The notes beneath the pieces are model-generated. The model was not told the DNA's origin, searched no databases, and was given only the letters and a program-made list of their open reading frames with translations. A program made the translations under genes and the position numbers. A DNA stretch of 60,719 nucleotides, counting the filler. It is 8 parts of 8 records of this genome, joined end to end, with 100 filler letters (N's around TTAATTAATTAA, not from the genome) between each part and the next. Parts side by side here need not be neighbours in the genome. Positions count along the whole stretch, not along the records: positions 1 to 13,618 come from SRR31147125_59507; 7 more parts are not named here. The stretch is one strand, 5' to 3'. Position 1 is the first letter of the stretch. Each line of letters starts with the position of its first letter. Shown one piece after another: positions 1 to 11,818 of this stretch.

Positions 1-141
1 CAAGGGTCGCCCCTACGATTTCCAATATGGAGTGGAAATGGTTCAAGGTCGCCAATTGAGATGTTTTTCAAATTTGGATCCTTTACAGTTATTATGGCAT
101 CAGATATCATGAATATTTATTGTCTTTGAAAATCATTTTAT

Positions 142-3100
142 TCAGTCAAAATGAATATTTACTCTTTTTAAGGCTCTAATCTGCACCGGTCCTTTTAATC
201 CGGAGAACGGTAATGGTTTAAATCCGATTGGACCACGGGCATACGAAGAATAAGGTGTCTTGCCGCTGCCATAATACGGCACGAGATATTCCGGTACAGG
301 AGGTGGATCTTTAAATCCAGCCACCCTGTTTATGAGCGTATTGGTCACCAGCACAACCATGCTGTTTTGGCCGGATCTTGCGGCCTTTGTGATGTCAAGT
401 GTTTGTCCGCGCATCCAGATTGTGCCCAGATTGATACCGTTTAACTCCACTTCAGCCACATTACCAATTTTACCCAGATCGAGCAACAACTGTATGTCTT
501 TTTCGATATACTCCTCAGGTATTTCAAAAAAGATTTCATACCGACCTGTACCGCTAAAATGTTTCATACGCAGTTCTTTGGTCCAGGAAAAGAGTTGAGT
601 TGTGGTTGTATCGATTCTGGCAAAATCTTTTCCCTGCAAGACGAGTCTCCAGGTTCCATCGATGGTAAAAGGAGCGGGAACACCTGAGACAGGCACTGTT
701 TTAAGGATGTTATTTTTTTTGATCTGATGTATTCCATTAGCGGCTGCCAGCGCCTCAATTTCATTGTCGTTCACACGGGTAATATCATAAAAACTGCTCA
801 AGTCAATATGATTCTTTTTGATTCCATTCTTAAAAACAAAAAATGTGGATTCATAAGGTAGAAGTCGCACCGGAATTTCTAAACCGTTCTTTTTTTCATT
901 ATAAAAATACACATTGGAAATCTCGCTGTTATAGGGATTCCATTTCGAGGGGATTTTATTTTTTACCCTGAACAGAATCGGCCAGTTTATCTTTTTATCC
1001 TGAATATTGCTCACAAAATAAATATCCATATCCTTGAGCTTACGATGAAGAAAACTAAGGCCGTTATTTTTTCGCAGACCCAGTTGGGCAAAGTCAATTC
1101 CAAAATCCGGTTGACAATGATCCCGCAGTGTATTCACAAAAGGATCCAGGATACTGCTACGCCAATCCAGAACATCCTGGCGATTTATAACCAGGTGCTG
1201 ATGATAGGTCCTGCCGGCACCATAATCCCTGGCGGCAGTGTCATCGCTATTACGTGGTTGATGAAACATGTCTGCAACGATCGTTTTAACCTTTTCATCT
1301 TTAAGAGCATAATCAGCAAGACCAACGGAACTGTCAGGGACACGTTCGAGGGCGATAACAACTCCCCCTTTTGAACATATTCCTGAATAAACTGCAGTGT
1401 TTCCAGGGGAAGAGCTTTAATATTCGGCAAAATCAGAATTTTATATTCCATACTACGTATCTTGATTTTACCATCCTCAATGCGAGCCATATTTTGTAAT
1501 GCATCATCATTTAACAAATCAAAATCATATCCATTGGCAATAAGTAGCGAACCCAGTTCGCCCCAGTAAAACTCACGGGTCCATTTGCGGGCATTGAGGA
1601 CATTCAGGGTCCATTGATTGGCAAGAGGAGAATAAATGGCGATATCCGGTTCGAATTCACCCTGACGCAAAAGATATGAGCAACGTGAAATATAGTCAGC
1701 CAATTGGGGATAATATTTCCACCATATATTGGGATGTGATATTCGCGCGGCAAAGGGTATGGAACGGGAAGGCGCGACATCCCGTTCAGGGGAATAAGAA
1801 TAGCCGTGATTATAAAATTTATTCGCACCGGAGCGTAAAAAACCATCACTGGCAATTTTGAGTTCCTCCAGGGTGGCGCGATAAAGCTCCCAGTGAATAA
1901 AGGTATACGCTTCAACGCCAACCACATTACGGCCATAAATATGAGCACCAGATGTGACATATTTTTTAGGACCGATTCGATTATCAAACCAGGGCACACC
2001 ATCTTTTTCGCCTGGCGTAATTTCATTAAAGGGCAAATGAGCCATACCCGCACCTTGCAGTATATCTGTTGTGATGCCGTACGGTTCCATGCTGCCTTTG
2101 ACACCATGAGACTCACACCAATCAAGAAACGTTTTAAAATAGGTATCAAGACAGATCTCGTGCAGAAAATCATTTACATCATACCGTACCCTTTCGGATA
2201 TATCACCAACATTCCACCAAATGGCTGGCAGGTATTTAGCAAGATCATACCCTTTTTTCTCATGGAATTTGATCATCAGACTGTCACTCCAATAGATGCC
2301 GTTGGGTAAATTGGCCAGTTCAAAACTATCGGAATGAAACGCCTCGACTGTTTTACCAAATTCATCCCCAAAGGTCTTTTGAAACGTGCCGCCAAGAAAA
2401 TTACAGTACCTTGACATGGCTGACTTGCTGAAATGATCCACCATGGCCGTCTTGCTGATATTATCCACATAGCTACCTTCCTGACCCGTATATTTTAGCC
2501 AAAATACCATCAACCGCCAGGTGCCCTGCGGTACCTGCCATGTCAGAATACCATTGTTGACTTTTTCTGTGAGATCCAGAAGCGATGGTTCGACGATTCG
2601 ATTGCCATCTACCCTGCCGGCGATGACAGCGACCAGTTTGTTTTCATTCGGAATATTTTCAATTTTGATTTCACCGCGGCGATCAGCAGCATGGGTAAAT
2701 TTTAGCAATTCACTGTTGTAGAGCGTTGGGCCATTCAGATCCAGTGACACCGGAACAAGACTCTGGCTTCTGTCTTCAAACGGTACCCACTCGCCGCCAA
2801 ATACCCAGTCTTTGGCGAAATTTATATTTACTTCCATTCCCAACCGTTTTGCCGTTAGAATAGCGTGATGCAGCATGGCCAGATAGGTGTCCGAAAGATA
2901 CGGGATATTGCCTTTTTCATACACAGCAGTTGCAGCACTGGTAATGAGGACACCGCCGATACCTTTATCGTGCATCTGCTGCAGTTCCCAGGTGATTTCT
3001 TCTTTTGTCACCGCATTTCCCGGCCACCACCAGTATGTATGCGGCCGACAATTCATGGGGGGATTTATAAAGTTGGCTTTTATATCATCAAGATCGTGAC

Positions 3101-3185
3101 TTTTCTGAGGAAGAATCAGTGAGGGAACAAGAACAAAGATTAACAGAGCAAAAACAGCAACAGGCATCTCAGCAGACCTTTTCAT
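142..3185 (-). CDS. Secreted glycoside hydrolase, GH106 (alpha-L-rhamnosidase-like); one apparent frameshift near 1363-1372
   Basis: Signal peptide, then F.NPP..RP.T.WWWPGN, GIGGV and HIYGRNVVGVEAYT motifs. C-terminal beta-sandwich FSGTGRY...LLDLG.I.NVAEV.LNG...VTNTLIN. GGAGG RBS before ATG 3185. ORFs 1185..3233 and 142..1269 join (KG-GVVIALERVPDSSVG) if one base is added in the AAAAGGGGG run. Confidence 0.8.
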
Positions 3186-4183
3186 ATCAGACCTCCCAAA
3201 AAGGTTTAAAGACCTCAAATAAAAATTACCCATTTTTTAATCAGCGTCTTTGCGGTAACATTGAAATCAAGGTACGACATGCATTTATTTGCATCAAGAG
3301 TAAAGTGTGTTTTTTGAAAAAAGCGGACTAGAAAGAGATTTTGGAGAGATAACAAGGCAAAAAGAAAACCGACATCTCTCAATCTGACAGCTACATTTCT
3401 AGATTTTGATACGGGCAATCAAATCCCGGAAACGCGGATAAAATATCCTGAATTTAATAAATGTGATTATCATCGTTTTTCTTTTCCAATAAGGAATAGA
3501 AAAGCCTGTTCGAACGTTTGTCTTTTTACTCATCACTTCCAAGAAACGCAATATTGGCACTTGTGGAATTTCAAGATGCTATTATCATAAACATTTAAGA
3601 TCAATAAAGTTATCACGAATTAAGATATTTTTATTGCGCAGGCTCAATAAAAACATTATATATCAAGTTGGCAATATTTGTAAAATGAAATAAAAATCCA
3701 TTGTATTTGGGTAGATTAAAGTGCTGAAAGACCATTCTTTTAAACAAGAAGGTTAAAACATTAGCATATGGAGAGAGGATGACAAAATGGTAAACTAAAA
3801 AGTCGTACTCCAAGTTAAATACTATAGTAGTATGAATCTGCCGAATCGTTTTCTAATCGAATAACTCATCGTTTCAGATTTATTCCCACGAGTAAAACAG
3901 CCCTTCTTTTTCTCTTGATTGTAAAGATCTTGCTGCTTTTGAACGAATCATTCCCACAGTGTCGTTATGTCTTATTTTATAGCAAATATTTCTATACCCA
4001 AAACAATCCGAGAACTCTCAAGCAGACTCGTCTGGCATTCCTGTCAAAAAAATCTTGGAACTGAAAAGGAGTACAATTGTTGCTTTAGAGATTTATTTTG
4101 TAAATAATAAACAAATCTACGTAAGATTTAGATATTATAAGCTTTCATTTATATAAGGCTTACTATCTTTTATTTTTAATAAT

Positions 4184-7100
4184 ATGATGAATAATTTAAT
4201 CGGCAAAACAATTTCCCATTATAAAATCCTTGAACTTATCGGACAGGGAGGAATGGGACAAGTATTCAAAGCTCAAGATACCCGACTGCTTCGTAATGTA
4301 GCGATCAAAATTTTACCCACAGACTTGATGAAAGATGAAAAGAAACGCAACCGATTCATCCGTGAAGCCCAAACAGCTTCATCACTAAACCATCCCAATA
4401 TCTGCACAGTCCATGAGATCGATGAATACAGAAACAAGCATTTTATTGTAATGGAATTGATTGAAGGAGAAACCTTACGCGAACGATTGGAAAGTAGCGG
4501 TCCATTTTCTGAAGCAGCAATGTTGGATATCATCATAAAAGTCTGTGATGCGCTGGCAGCAGTACACAATAAGGAAATTTTCCATCGCGACATCAAGCCG
4601 GATAACATAATGGTTTCCCAACAGGGGTATATTAAAGTTCTTGATTTTGGAATCGCCAAGTTAGCAACTGATACGGCAGAAGAGTTTGCCGAGTGGAAAC
4701 GAAACGAAGATTCTGTCCGCGATTTAAAAGATATGCAAGAAAAGTACATTAATAATGTCGTGAGCACCAACCTGAGCAACTTACTCGGCACTGTTCATTA
4801 TATGTCACCTGAACAAGCGCAAGGTTTGTCAATTGATCAACGGAGTGATATATTCTCTCTTGGAATAGTTATTTATGAATTGATAACAGGTTTACGACCC
4901 TTTGATGGAAAATCTAATTTAGCTATCCTTACACAAATTATTAATGATCCGCCTGAACCGGTGAAACCTCCAGAAAAAAACATTTCCTCTGCTTTGCAAC
5001 ACATAATAGATCGCTGCCTTGAAAAAAGCACTGATAACCGTTATCAAAACATTGAAGATTTGTGTTCAGAATTAAGAAAAATTAAAAAGGTTGTATCTGA
5101 AGTCGGTCTTCAGCAACCGAAAAAATCCGCGGTCCATAAACCAGAACGCCGTCAGGTGACAGTAATGCTTTGCAGCCTAGCAAGTACAGCATTGCACTCG
5201 ATCGAGCTTGATCCGGAAGAAGTGCATGAAGTATTGCCTGCATATCAAGAACTTTGTATAAAGGTCATTTCACGTTATGATGGTTTTATCGTACGAAATC
5301 TTGGCAATGAAATTATGGTTTGCTATGGGATGCCACAGGCTCATGAAGACGATGCAAAACGTGCGGTTCATTCAGGATTGGGTATCTTGGAAGGACAGAG
5401 GTGGTTGAGTTCTCGCTATGAAGATGAGAAAGGTATCAAAATTGTCGTGAGCATTGGGATTCACACGGGTATGGTAGTAACAGGAGATATGGGAGAAAAA
5501 GACCAACATGACACTTTATCCATGGTTGGCGAAACTCCCAGCATTGCAGCTCAGCTATTAAGCCTTGCAAAACCCGGGACTCTCGTCATTAGTACCAACA
5601 CATACAGACTTGTAAAGGGATTTTTTGATTGCCTTGATTTAGGCGCTCACCAGCTTAAAGGTTTTTCACAACCGACTTCAATACACGAGGTACTTCACGA
5701 AAGTGCCGCGCGAAGCCGGTTCGAGAAAGCAACAGCTTCTACCGGGCTAACCCCGCTTGTTGGACGGAGGCAGGATGTCGACTTGCTGATTGAACATTGG
5801 GAATGTGCAGTAAAAGGCAAAGGACATGTTGTTGTAATCAATGGCGAAGCAGGTATTGGTAAATCACGGCTGGTGCATGTGTTAAAAGAGCACATCGCGA
5901 AAAATCCGAAAGCATGGCTGACAGAATGCCAATGTTCACCCTTTTTTAAGGATAGTGCCTTTTACCCGATTGTCGATCTTTTAGAGCATGTTACATTGCA
6001 GTTTCAGCGGGAAGATTCTAAAGAAGAGAAACTTAACAAGCTGGAGGGTTTTCTCCTACAATATGGTTTCTCCCTGAGTGAGATTGTTCCCCTGTTAGCA
6101 TCATTACTGTCCTTACCTCTTGGTAAACGTTATTCACCACTCAATTTAACTCCGGAACGGCAAAAGCAGAAGACTATGGAATTTTTAGTGAAACTTCTGC
6201 AGGCAAGAGCAGCAAAGCAACCAGTATTATTCGTGATGGAAGACTTACATTGGGCCGATCCCTCGACAATTGAACTTCTTAATCTTTTCATTGAAAAAGA
6301 GCCGTCAGCTTCTATTCTTACTTTATTCACTTTTCGGTCGGAATTTCAACCACCATGGTCGAAAACTGCGTACATAACTCAACTAATCCTCAAACGCCTA
6401 CCCCAACCTCAGGTAAACCGCATGGCCGAGCTTGTGGCAGGTGACAAAGCTTTGCCAACCGAAGTGATTCATCAAATATCAACTAAAACTGACGGAGTGC
6501 CACTATTTGTAGAAGAGATGACCAAAGTGTTTATAGAATCTGGATTGCTCACAAAGGATGAAAGTCAATACGTGCTGAGCCATCGGCTGCCACAACTGGC
6601 TATCCCGGCAACCTTAAAAGATATGCTGACTGCACGGTTAGATCAATTACCAGCTGCTAAAGAAGTTGCTCAGCTAGGGGCAGTTATAGGACGCGAATTT
6701 CCTTATGATCTGCTCGAGATAGTAGTAAAACTGGATTCTCAATCACTGCAGCAGCGGTTAACTCAATTGGTGGAGGCGGGGCTTGTTTATCAGCACGGCG
6801 TCCCACCACACTCAACATATATTTTTAAACACGCCCTGATCCAGGATGCAGCATACGAGTCGTTGCTAAAGAGCAAGAGACGGCATTATCATCAACAAAT
6901 TGCGCAGATGTTTAACGAAAAGTTCCCGAAAACAGCCGAGACACAACCGGAATTATTGGCTCACCACTATACAGAGGCAGGTCTTTTTAAACAAGCCATC
7001 CTCTATTGGCAACAAGCCGGACAACAGGCTCTAAAGCGCTCAGCCAACCTGGAGGCAATCAGCCATCTCAACAAAGGACTGGAATTGCTTAAAACTTTTC

Positions 7101-8278
7101 CCGAAATACCAGAGTCTTTTCAACAGGAACTGGGTTTGTTAACTATCCGAGGCCCTGCTTTTATAGCCATCAAAGGCTATGCCGCACCTGAAGTTGAAGA
7201 TAACTATACGCGTGCACAGGAGTTGTGTAACCAGATAGGGGCAAGTATCCATCTTTTTCAGGTTCTATGGGGTTTATGGGCTTTTTATTTTGTGCGACAG
7301 GATGCGGGGAAATCCCAGAAACTTGCTGAGCAACTCCTTAATATAGCCAAAAGCGCACAAGAACGAGATCTACTTATAGAATCCCATCTGACAGTAGGGC
7401 ATACAAATATGGTGCTCGGAAATTATTCTTCCGCCCTGAGACATCATGAGCAAGGAATTACATTATACAATCCCCATCTTCACCACTCCCATGCTTTTCA
7501 ATTCGGGCAGGATCCCGGAATTGTGTGCATGACCTGGGCTGCCATGGATAATTGGTATCTTGGCTATCCGGATCGGGCTCTTAAAAGAGCAAAAGCAGCA
7601 CTCAACCTGGCTCGCGAATTAGCACACCCGCACAGCATGGCTTATGCCCCAGTCTTTGCTGCTTCTATTCATATGTTGCGGCGGGAGACAAAGGAAGCCC
7701 TGAAGCAGGCTGAAACCGCCATTGCATTGACTACTGAGCATGGGTTCCCAATGTTCCTGGGAATGGCTATGATTTTTGGAGGCTGGGCATTGGTAACTCA
7801 AGGAAAGAAAGAAGGAATTTTGCAGATACAAAAGGGAATAGACGTTTACAAAGCTACTGGGGCAATGCAAGGAATGTCCTGGTATCTCTCCCTGCTTTCG
7901 GAGGGTTATTTGAAAAATGGACAGTTTGAGGAGGGGCTGAAAGTATTAACTGAGGCGATAACTATAGTTGAAGAATCCAAAACACGAGGCTGGGAAGCAC
8001 TTGTCTATCAACTTAAAGGCCAACTACTGCTGGCTATTTCAATTGAAAATCATCAAGAAGCTGAAGGGTGTTTTTTTCGTGCTATCGATATTGCCTATAA
8101 GCAACAGGCAAAGTCTTATGAACTACGGGCGGCGATAAGCACAAGTCGTCTGTGGCAAAAGCAAGGCAAGCAGGTAAAAGCTCAAAAACTACTTGCACCA
8201 GTCTATAATTGGTTCACTGAAGGATTTGACACTGGAGACTTGAAAGAAGCAAAGGTGCTCCTCGAGGAGCTTTCGTAG
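4184..8278 (+). CDS. Ser/Thr kinase - class III cyclase-like - STAND AAA ATPase - TPR multidomain protein
   Basis: Kinase motifs GQGGMG, VAIK, HRDIKPDN, DFG, YMSPEQ. Cyclase-homology region ERRQVTV...GIHTG. Walker A GEAGIGKS, Walker B FVMEDLHW. TPR-like C-terminus ending WFTEGFDTGDLKEA. Confidence 0.92.
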   Translation: MMNNLIGKTISHYKILELIGQGGMGQVFKAQDTRLLRNVAIKILPTDLMKDEKKRNRFIREAQTASSLNHPNICTVHEIDEYRNKHFIVMELIEGETLRERLESSGPFSEAAMLDIIIKVCDALAAVHNKEIFHRDIKPDNIMVSQQGYIKVLDFGIAKLATDTAEEFAEWKRNEDSVRDLKDMQEKYINNVVSTNLSNLLGTVHYMSPEQAQGLSIDQRSDIFSLGIVIYELITGLRPFDGKSNLAILTQIINDPPEPVKPPEKNISSALQHIIDRCLEKSTDNRYQNIEDLCSELRKIKKVVSEVGLQQPKKSAVHKPERRQVTVMLCSLASTALHSIELDPEEVHEVLPAYQELCIKVISRYDGFIVRNLGNEIMVCYGMPQAHEDDAKRAVHSGLGILEGQRWLSSRYEDEKGIKIVVSIGIHTGMVVTGDMGEKDQHDTLSMVGETPSIAAQLLSLAKPGTLVISTNTYRLVKGFFDCLDLGAHQLKGFSQPTSIHEVLHESAARSRFEKATASTGLTPLVGRRQDVDLLIEHWECAVKGKGHVVVINGEAGIGKSRLVHVLKEHIAKNPKAWLTECQCSPFFKDSAFYPIVDLLEHVTLQFQREDSKEEKLNKLEGFLLQYGFSLSEIVPLLASLLSLPLGKRYSPLNLTPERQKQKTMEFLVKLLQARAAKQPVLFVMEDLHWADPSTIELLNLFIEKEPSASILTLFTFRSEFQPPWSKTAYITQLILKRLPQPQVNRMAELVAGDKALPTEVIHQISTKTDGVPLFVEEMTKVFIESGLLTKDESQYVLSHRLPQLAIPATLKDMLTARLDQLPAAKEVAQLGAVIGREFPYDLLEIVVKLDSQSLQQRLTQLVEAGLVYQHGVPPHSTYIFKHALIQDAAYESLLKSKRRHYHQQIAQMFNEKFPKTAETQPELLAHHYTEAGLFKQAILYWQQAGQQALKRSANLEAISHLNKGLELLKTFPEIPESFQQELGLLTIRGPAFIAIKGYAAPEVEDNYTRAQELCNQIGASIHLFQVLWGLWAFYFVRQDAGKSQKLAEQLLNIAKSAQERDLLIESHLTVGHTNMVLGNYSSALRHHEQGITLYNPHLHHSHAFQFGQDPGIVCMTWAAMDNWYLGYPDRALKRAKAALNLARELAHPHSMAYAPVFAASIHMLRRETKEALKQAETAIALTTEHGFPMFLGMAMIFGGWALVTQGKKEGILQIQKGIDVYKATGAMQGMSWYLSLLSEGYLKNGQFEEGLKVLTEAITIVEESKTRGWEALVYQLKGQLLLAISIENHQEAEGCFFRAIDIAYKQQAKSYELRAAISTSRLWQKQGKQVKAQKLLAPVYNWFTEGFDTGDLKEAKVLLEELS

Positions 8279-8299
8279 CCTTTGATATAGGATTTTAAA

Positions 8300-9852
8300 T
8301 TGATTAACAAGTTGTCAAAAACGAATGATCTTGATTCTTCACTGTTTCAAAAATTATTAACTATCGGTAAAGAGGTACTTGCCGAAGGGGATGTCGATCG
8401 CGTTTTATCTACATCAATGGACCGACTCGTTGAAATTTCAGGTGCCGAAAGAGGTATTATCATCCTGTTTGATGCACGGGGCGAGAGTCAGTTCCAAACA
8501 GCCCGACATCTTGAGAGAAGGGATATCCAACGTCCGGATTCGAAACCAGCCGGACAATCATCGAAAAAGTCAGAAATAGTGGCGAGCCTGTCTATTTGCT
8601 CAATGCAATGGAAGATCCCTCTATGCAGAAAAGTAAGAGTGTGGAGGAATTAAGAATTCTATCAGTAATCTGTTTACCACTGACTCATCAGGAAAAATTA
8701 TTCGGCGTTATTTATTTGGATAATCGCACTGTAAAGGGTGTCTTTAAAAAAGAAACATTCTTTTTTGTTCAGTCCTTTGCTGATTTTATATCCCTTGCTG
8801 CCCATCATGCTTTAGAGAGAAAGCAGTCTGAAAATCGGCAACATGTACTTGAAGATGAATTGCGCACACGGTATGATTTTGATGCCATCATCGGACATTC
8901 GCCAAAGATGATGAAAGTGCTGCAGATGGTTTCACATGTTGCTGCCACAGACATTCCGGTTCTCATCGAAGGTGAATCCGGAACCGGAAAAGAGCTGGTA
9001 GCTCGAGCGATTCACTACAACAGCCAACGCCATCAATTGCCATTATTAACTGTAAATTGTGCCGCTTTTCCGGATAATCTTTTGGAATCCGAATTCTTCG
9101 GTCACGAAAAAGGTGCTTTCACAGGTGCTTTTAAGAGCCATAAAGGAAAATTTGAGCAGGCTGATGGTAGTACTTTATTCCTCGATGAAATCGATGAAAT
9201 GAGTCCAGCGCTGCAGGTAAAATTGCTGCGCATTCTCCAGTTGGGCGAGTTTTGTCCATTGGGAAGTGATGAGACGAAACAATGTGACGTCAGGATTGTG
9301 GCTGCCTGCAAAAAGCCATTACGCAATCTGGTTGATTCGGGCAAGTTTCGCGAAGATCTTTATTATCGTTTACATGTTTTTTTCATAAAAGTGCCTCCAT
9401 TGCGTGCTCGTCAAGAGGACATTTTGCTTCTCGCAGAGCATTTTTTAAAAGATGCCTGTTTACAGATGAAAAAAGAAATCCCTCGCCTGAGTTATTCTAC
9501 AAAATGCATCCTTCAGAACCATCAATTTCCGGGAAACGTCCGCGAGCTGGAAAATATTATGCGCCGTGCAACAATCCTATGTAAAAGCACGACTATTGAA
9601 CCGGAACACCTGCCGGAAGAAATACAAACACCTTTCCTCAGAAGTGAACCGGATAATGACACGCCGTTTCCTTCATTTAAGCAAGCCAAGCAAAATATTA
9701 TGGAAGATTTTGAGCGTCAATACCTGCTGCAAGTACTTGATAAATGCAATGGCGTCATTCGTAAAGCCGCTGAACTTGCCGGTATGCACACGAAAAACTT
9801 TCACCAAAAGCTCACTAAATATAATATCCAAGTTAAAAAATCAGACTTGTAA
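8300..9852 (+). CDS. GAF-domain sigma-54-dependent transcriptional activator (bEBP) with C-terminal HTH; apparent frameshift near 8538
   Basis: GAF (GAERG...SVICLPL...GVIYLDNR), GESGTGKE, GAFTGA, LFLDEI, FREDLYYRL, FPGNVREL. The two ORFs join as P(D/E)FETSRTIIEKVRNSGEPVYLLNAMEDP with one added base. Confidence 0.88.
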
Positions 9853-10037
9853 TTATTATCATTCAAATAGTGTTTAATTTTCGTCCAGATTTATATTATT
9901 TTTAAGACAAGATTTACATGATAAACAGAATTTACTTTATATTGTGTTTATCCTATCCACCACTATAAAATCTCTTTTATTGAATCATTTTCCAATAGAT
10001 AGAATTACTTTCATTTCTATTACCCACCATTATTTAG

Positions 10038-10073
10038 TGGTATTCTTACCATCGCCATAATGGTATATTTACC
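10038..10073. promoter_or_regulatory. Candidate upstream activator sequence: two GGTA-N4-TACC palindromes
   Basis: TGGTATTCTTACCA (10038-10051) and TGGTATATTTACC (10061-10073), 23 bp apart and about 130-160 bp upstream of a sigma-54 promoter. Confidence 0.55.
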
Positions 10074-10197
10074 TTCATTTATTAAAAATGTCTGCCAGGG
10101 CAACCATGTATATCCTAAAACATATTCCCTGGTAATAAATTGATAATTTGTGACTTAGGCTAGCATTTTCAAATGTTTGACTTTTCAATGGAATTAA

Positions 10198-10212
10198 TGG
10201 TATGTCATTTGC
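10198..10212 (+). promoter_or_regulatory. Sigma-54 (-24/-12) promoter
   Basis: TGGTAT-GTCAT-TTGC with exact GG-N10-GC spacing, about 40 bp before the SnoaL start and directly downstream of a bEBP gene. Confidence 0.75.
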
Positions 10213-10250
10213 GAAGCCATTAAAAAAATAACGAAATATGGAGGTCACCT

Positions 10251-10628
10251 ATGAGTAACGAAAATAAAGCTCTAATCCGCGAGTATTTTACTGCATTGAG
10301 CGGCAGAGAGAAAACCTCTGAGATTGTCAATATTTATGTCGCTGATAAAAATTTGAAAAAGCATATAACAACGTTCGAAGCAGCATTTCCACGCTATGAG
10401 TTAATTGCTGAGGATATGGTGTCCGATGGGGATAAGGTGGCAGTCCGTGCCACCTTTCGAGGATGGCATAAAGGAGAACTATTAGGCATCGCTCCGACAG
10501 GCAAGGAAGCGACCATTTCTCTAATGCTAATTTACCGGATATTGAATGGTAAGATCATAGAACATTGGATGGTAGCCGATCAGTATAGTTTGATGCAGCA
10601 GTTGAGAATTAATCTGTCCACGAAATAG
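10251..10628 (+). CDS. SnoaL-like / ester cyclase family protein
   Basis: AFP...EDMVSDGDKVAVR.TFRG.HKGE.LGIAPTGK...GKI.EHW...D...LMQQL. GGAGG RBS. Confidence 0.9.
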   Translation: MSNENKALIREYFTALSGREKTSEIVNIYVADKNLKKHITTFEAAFPRYELIAEDMVSDGDKVAVRATFRGWHKGELLGIAPTGKEATISLMLIYRILNGKIIEHWMVADQYSLMQQLRINLSTK

Positions 10629-10658
10629 GCAAGATTTAATAGAAAAAGTGAGACTGTC

Positions 10659-11335
10659 ATGAAATTCATACAAACTATAATTATTACATGCTGGGTGCTT
10701 TTCAGTTTATCAATAATCACCCCTGTATTTGGGCAAGCCAGCTTGAATACCTCTTTGATCGGGTGGTGGGTAAATAGACCTTGCCTGACAACTGATGTGG
10801 AGAGGAATAGAGCTTGTCTTGAAAACAGGGGATCTTTACAGATTTTTGATTTTTCCAATCTAGCCAATCCGAAGGAAACAGGAATATTGAATACCGACGC
10901 TTCAATATCTGGTGTATCAGCGATCGGCAATATTTTGTATGTAAAGATGCGAAATTATTTTGGTGCTGGTGATCCAGACGCTTTTAGTATTGATTTATAT
11001 ATCATTCAACATGATTTGCTCACCGGACTGACCTCTTATGAAATAGATTTAACGCTACTAGTCTTTGAACGATATCAAAACTACTCAAATCCATTTAGTC
11101 CTTCTAGCAAAATCGAATACACTCTGCCAAAATTCGGTTATTTTCGACTAACAATTTACCATATACTCGGCTCCACCTACAAACTCTTGTTACCACCAAA
11201 CAACCATCCGGATATTTTCGTGCCATGTGGAATAGCTCAAATGAACACAATATACCTGTAATGGCAGGAGTATAGTTCTACCGTATGGAAATCGACGATT
11301 TTCTGAAGGTGAACAAGTTGACTGTGATAAAATAA
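10659..11335 (+). pseudogene. Degraded secreted protein with FlgD-Ig / T9SS-type C-terminal domain
   Basis: Signal peptide, LVIVD-like remnant, YQNYSNPFSPSSKIEYTLP. A frameshift near 11175 leads into LQTLVTTKQPSGYFRAMWN...GV*FYRMEIDDFLKVNKLTVIK, with an in-frame TAG replacing the Y of GVYFY. Confidence 0.7.
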
Positions 11336-11818
11336 TTCTTTCAAATTCACTGCTGGATCTTTGGAATTTAGAAGTGTAGGAATATTTTTGAAATGTGAAA
11401 ATAATTTGAAGACAAAAACCACTATTTTCATCAGTTTGCTGTCTGTTGGAAACGTTCAGGTAACAAGTAATCATGTTCTGGCAGAAATTGATTGCATTCC
11501 GTGGTAATTTAATACAGCTACTATTGGTGATTCCCTTCTGCTGCAACTGTGCGCATTTGAGAAATACATAAATAATGAGGGTGAGGGTAAAAATAGTGTT
11601 GCGTGATATTTGTTTTTAACAACCGGCGACATTTTCTTCATTTCCAAGACAATGAATAATGGAGATAGCAGTGGCAGTGTTGTGTGATTTAAATACGAAT
11701 CTGGATCTGAAGCGGTTTAATTTTGCTTCGCTATAAAAGGCTTCTCATATTCAACACCTAAAGATATTGTTATTTATTGTTATATAATAACTTAATTATT
11801 TTTCAAGGAGGATGCATC

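Noticed and set aside
1363-1372. Programmed frameshifting or phase variation in GH106, hipA, the bEBP and others
   Set aside because: The same lesion type occurs in unrelated organisms and in housekeeping genes, so sequencing error is more parsimonious.
3240-4180. Short ORFs in the long intergenic region of contig A
   Set aside because: No recognisable homology, RBS or structure; possibly decayed sequence.
11273-11275. In-frame TAG as pyrrolysine or stop-codon recoding
   Set aside because: TAG is a normal stop in this contig (8278, 10628, 13585), and the gene shows other decay.
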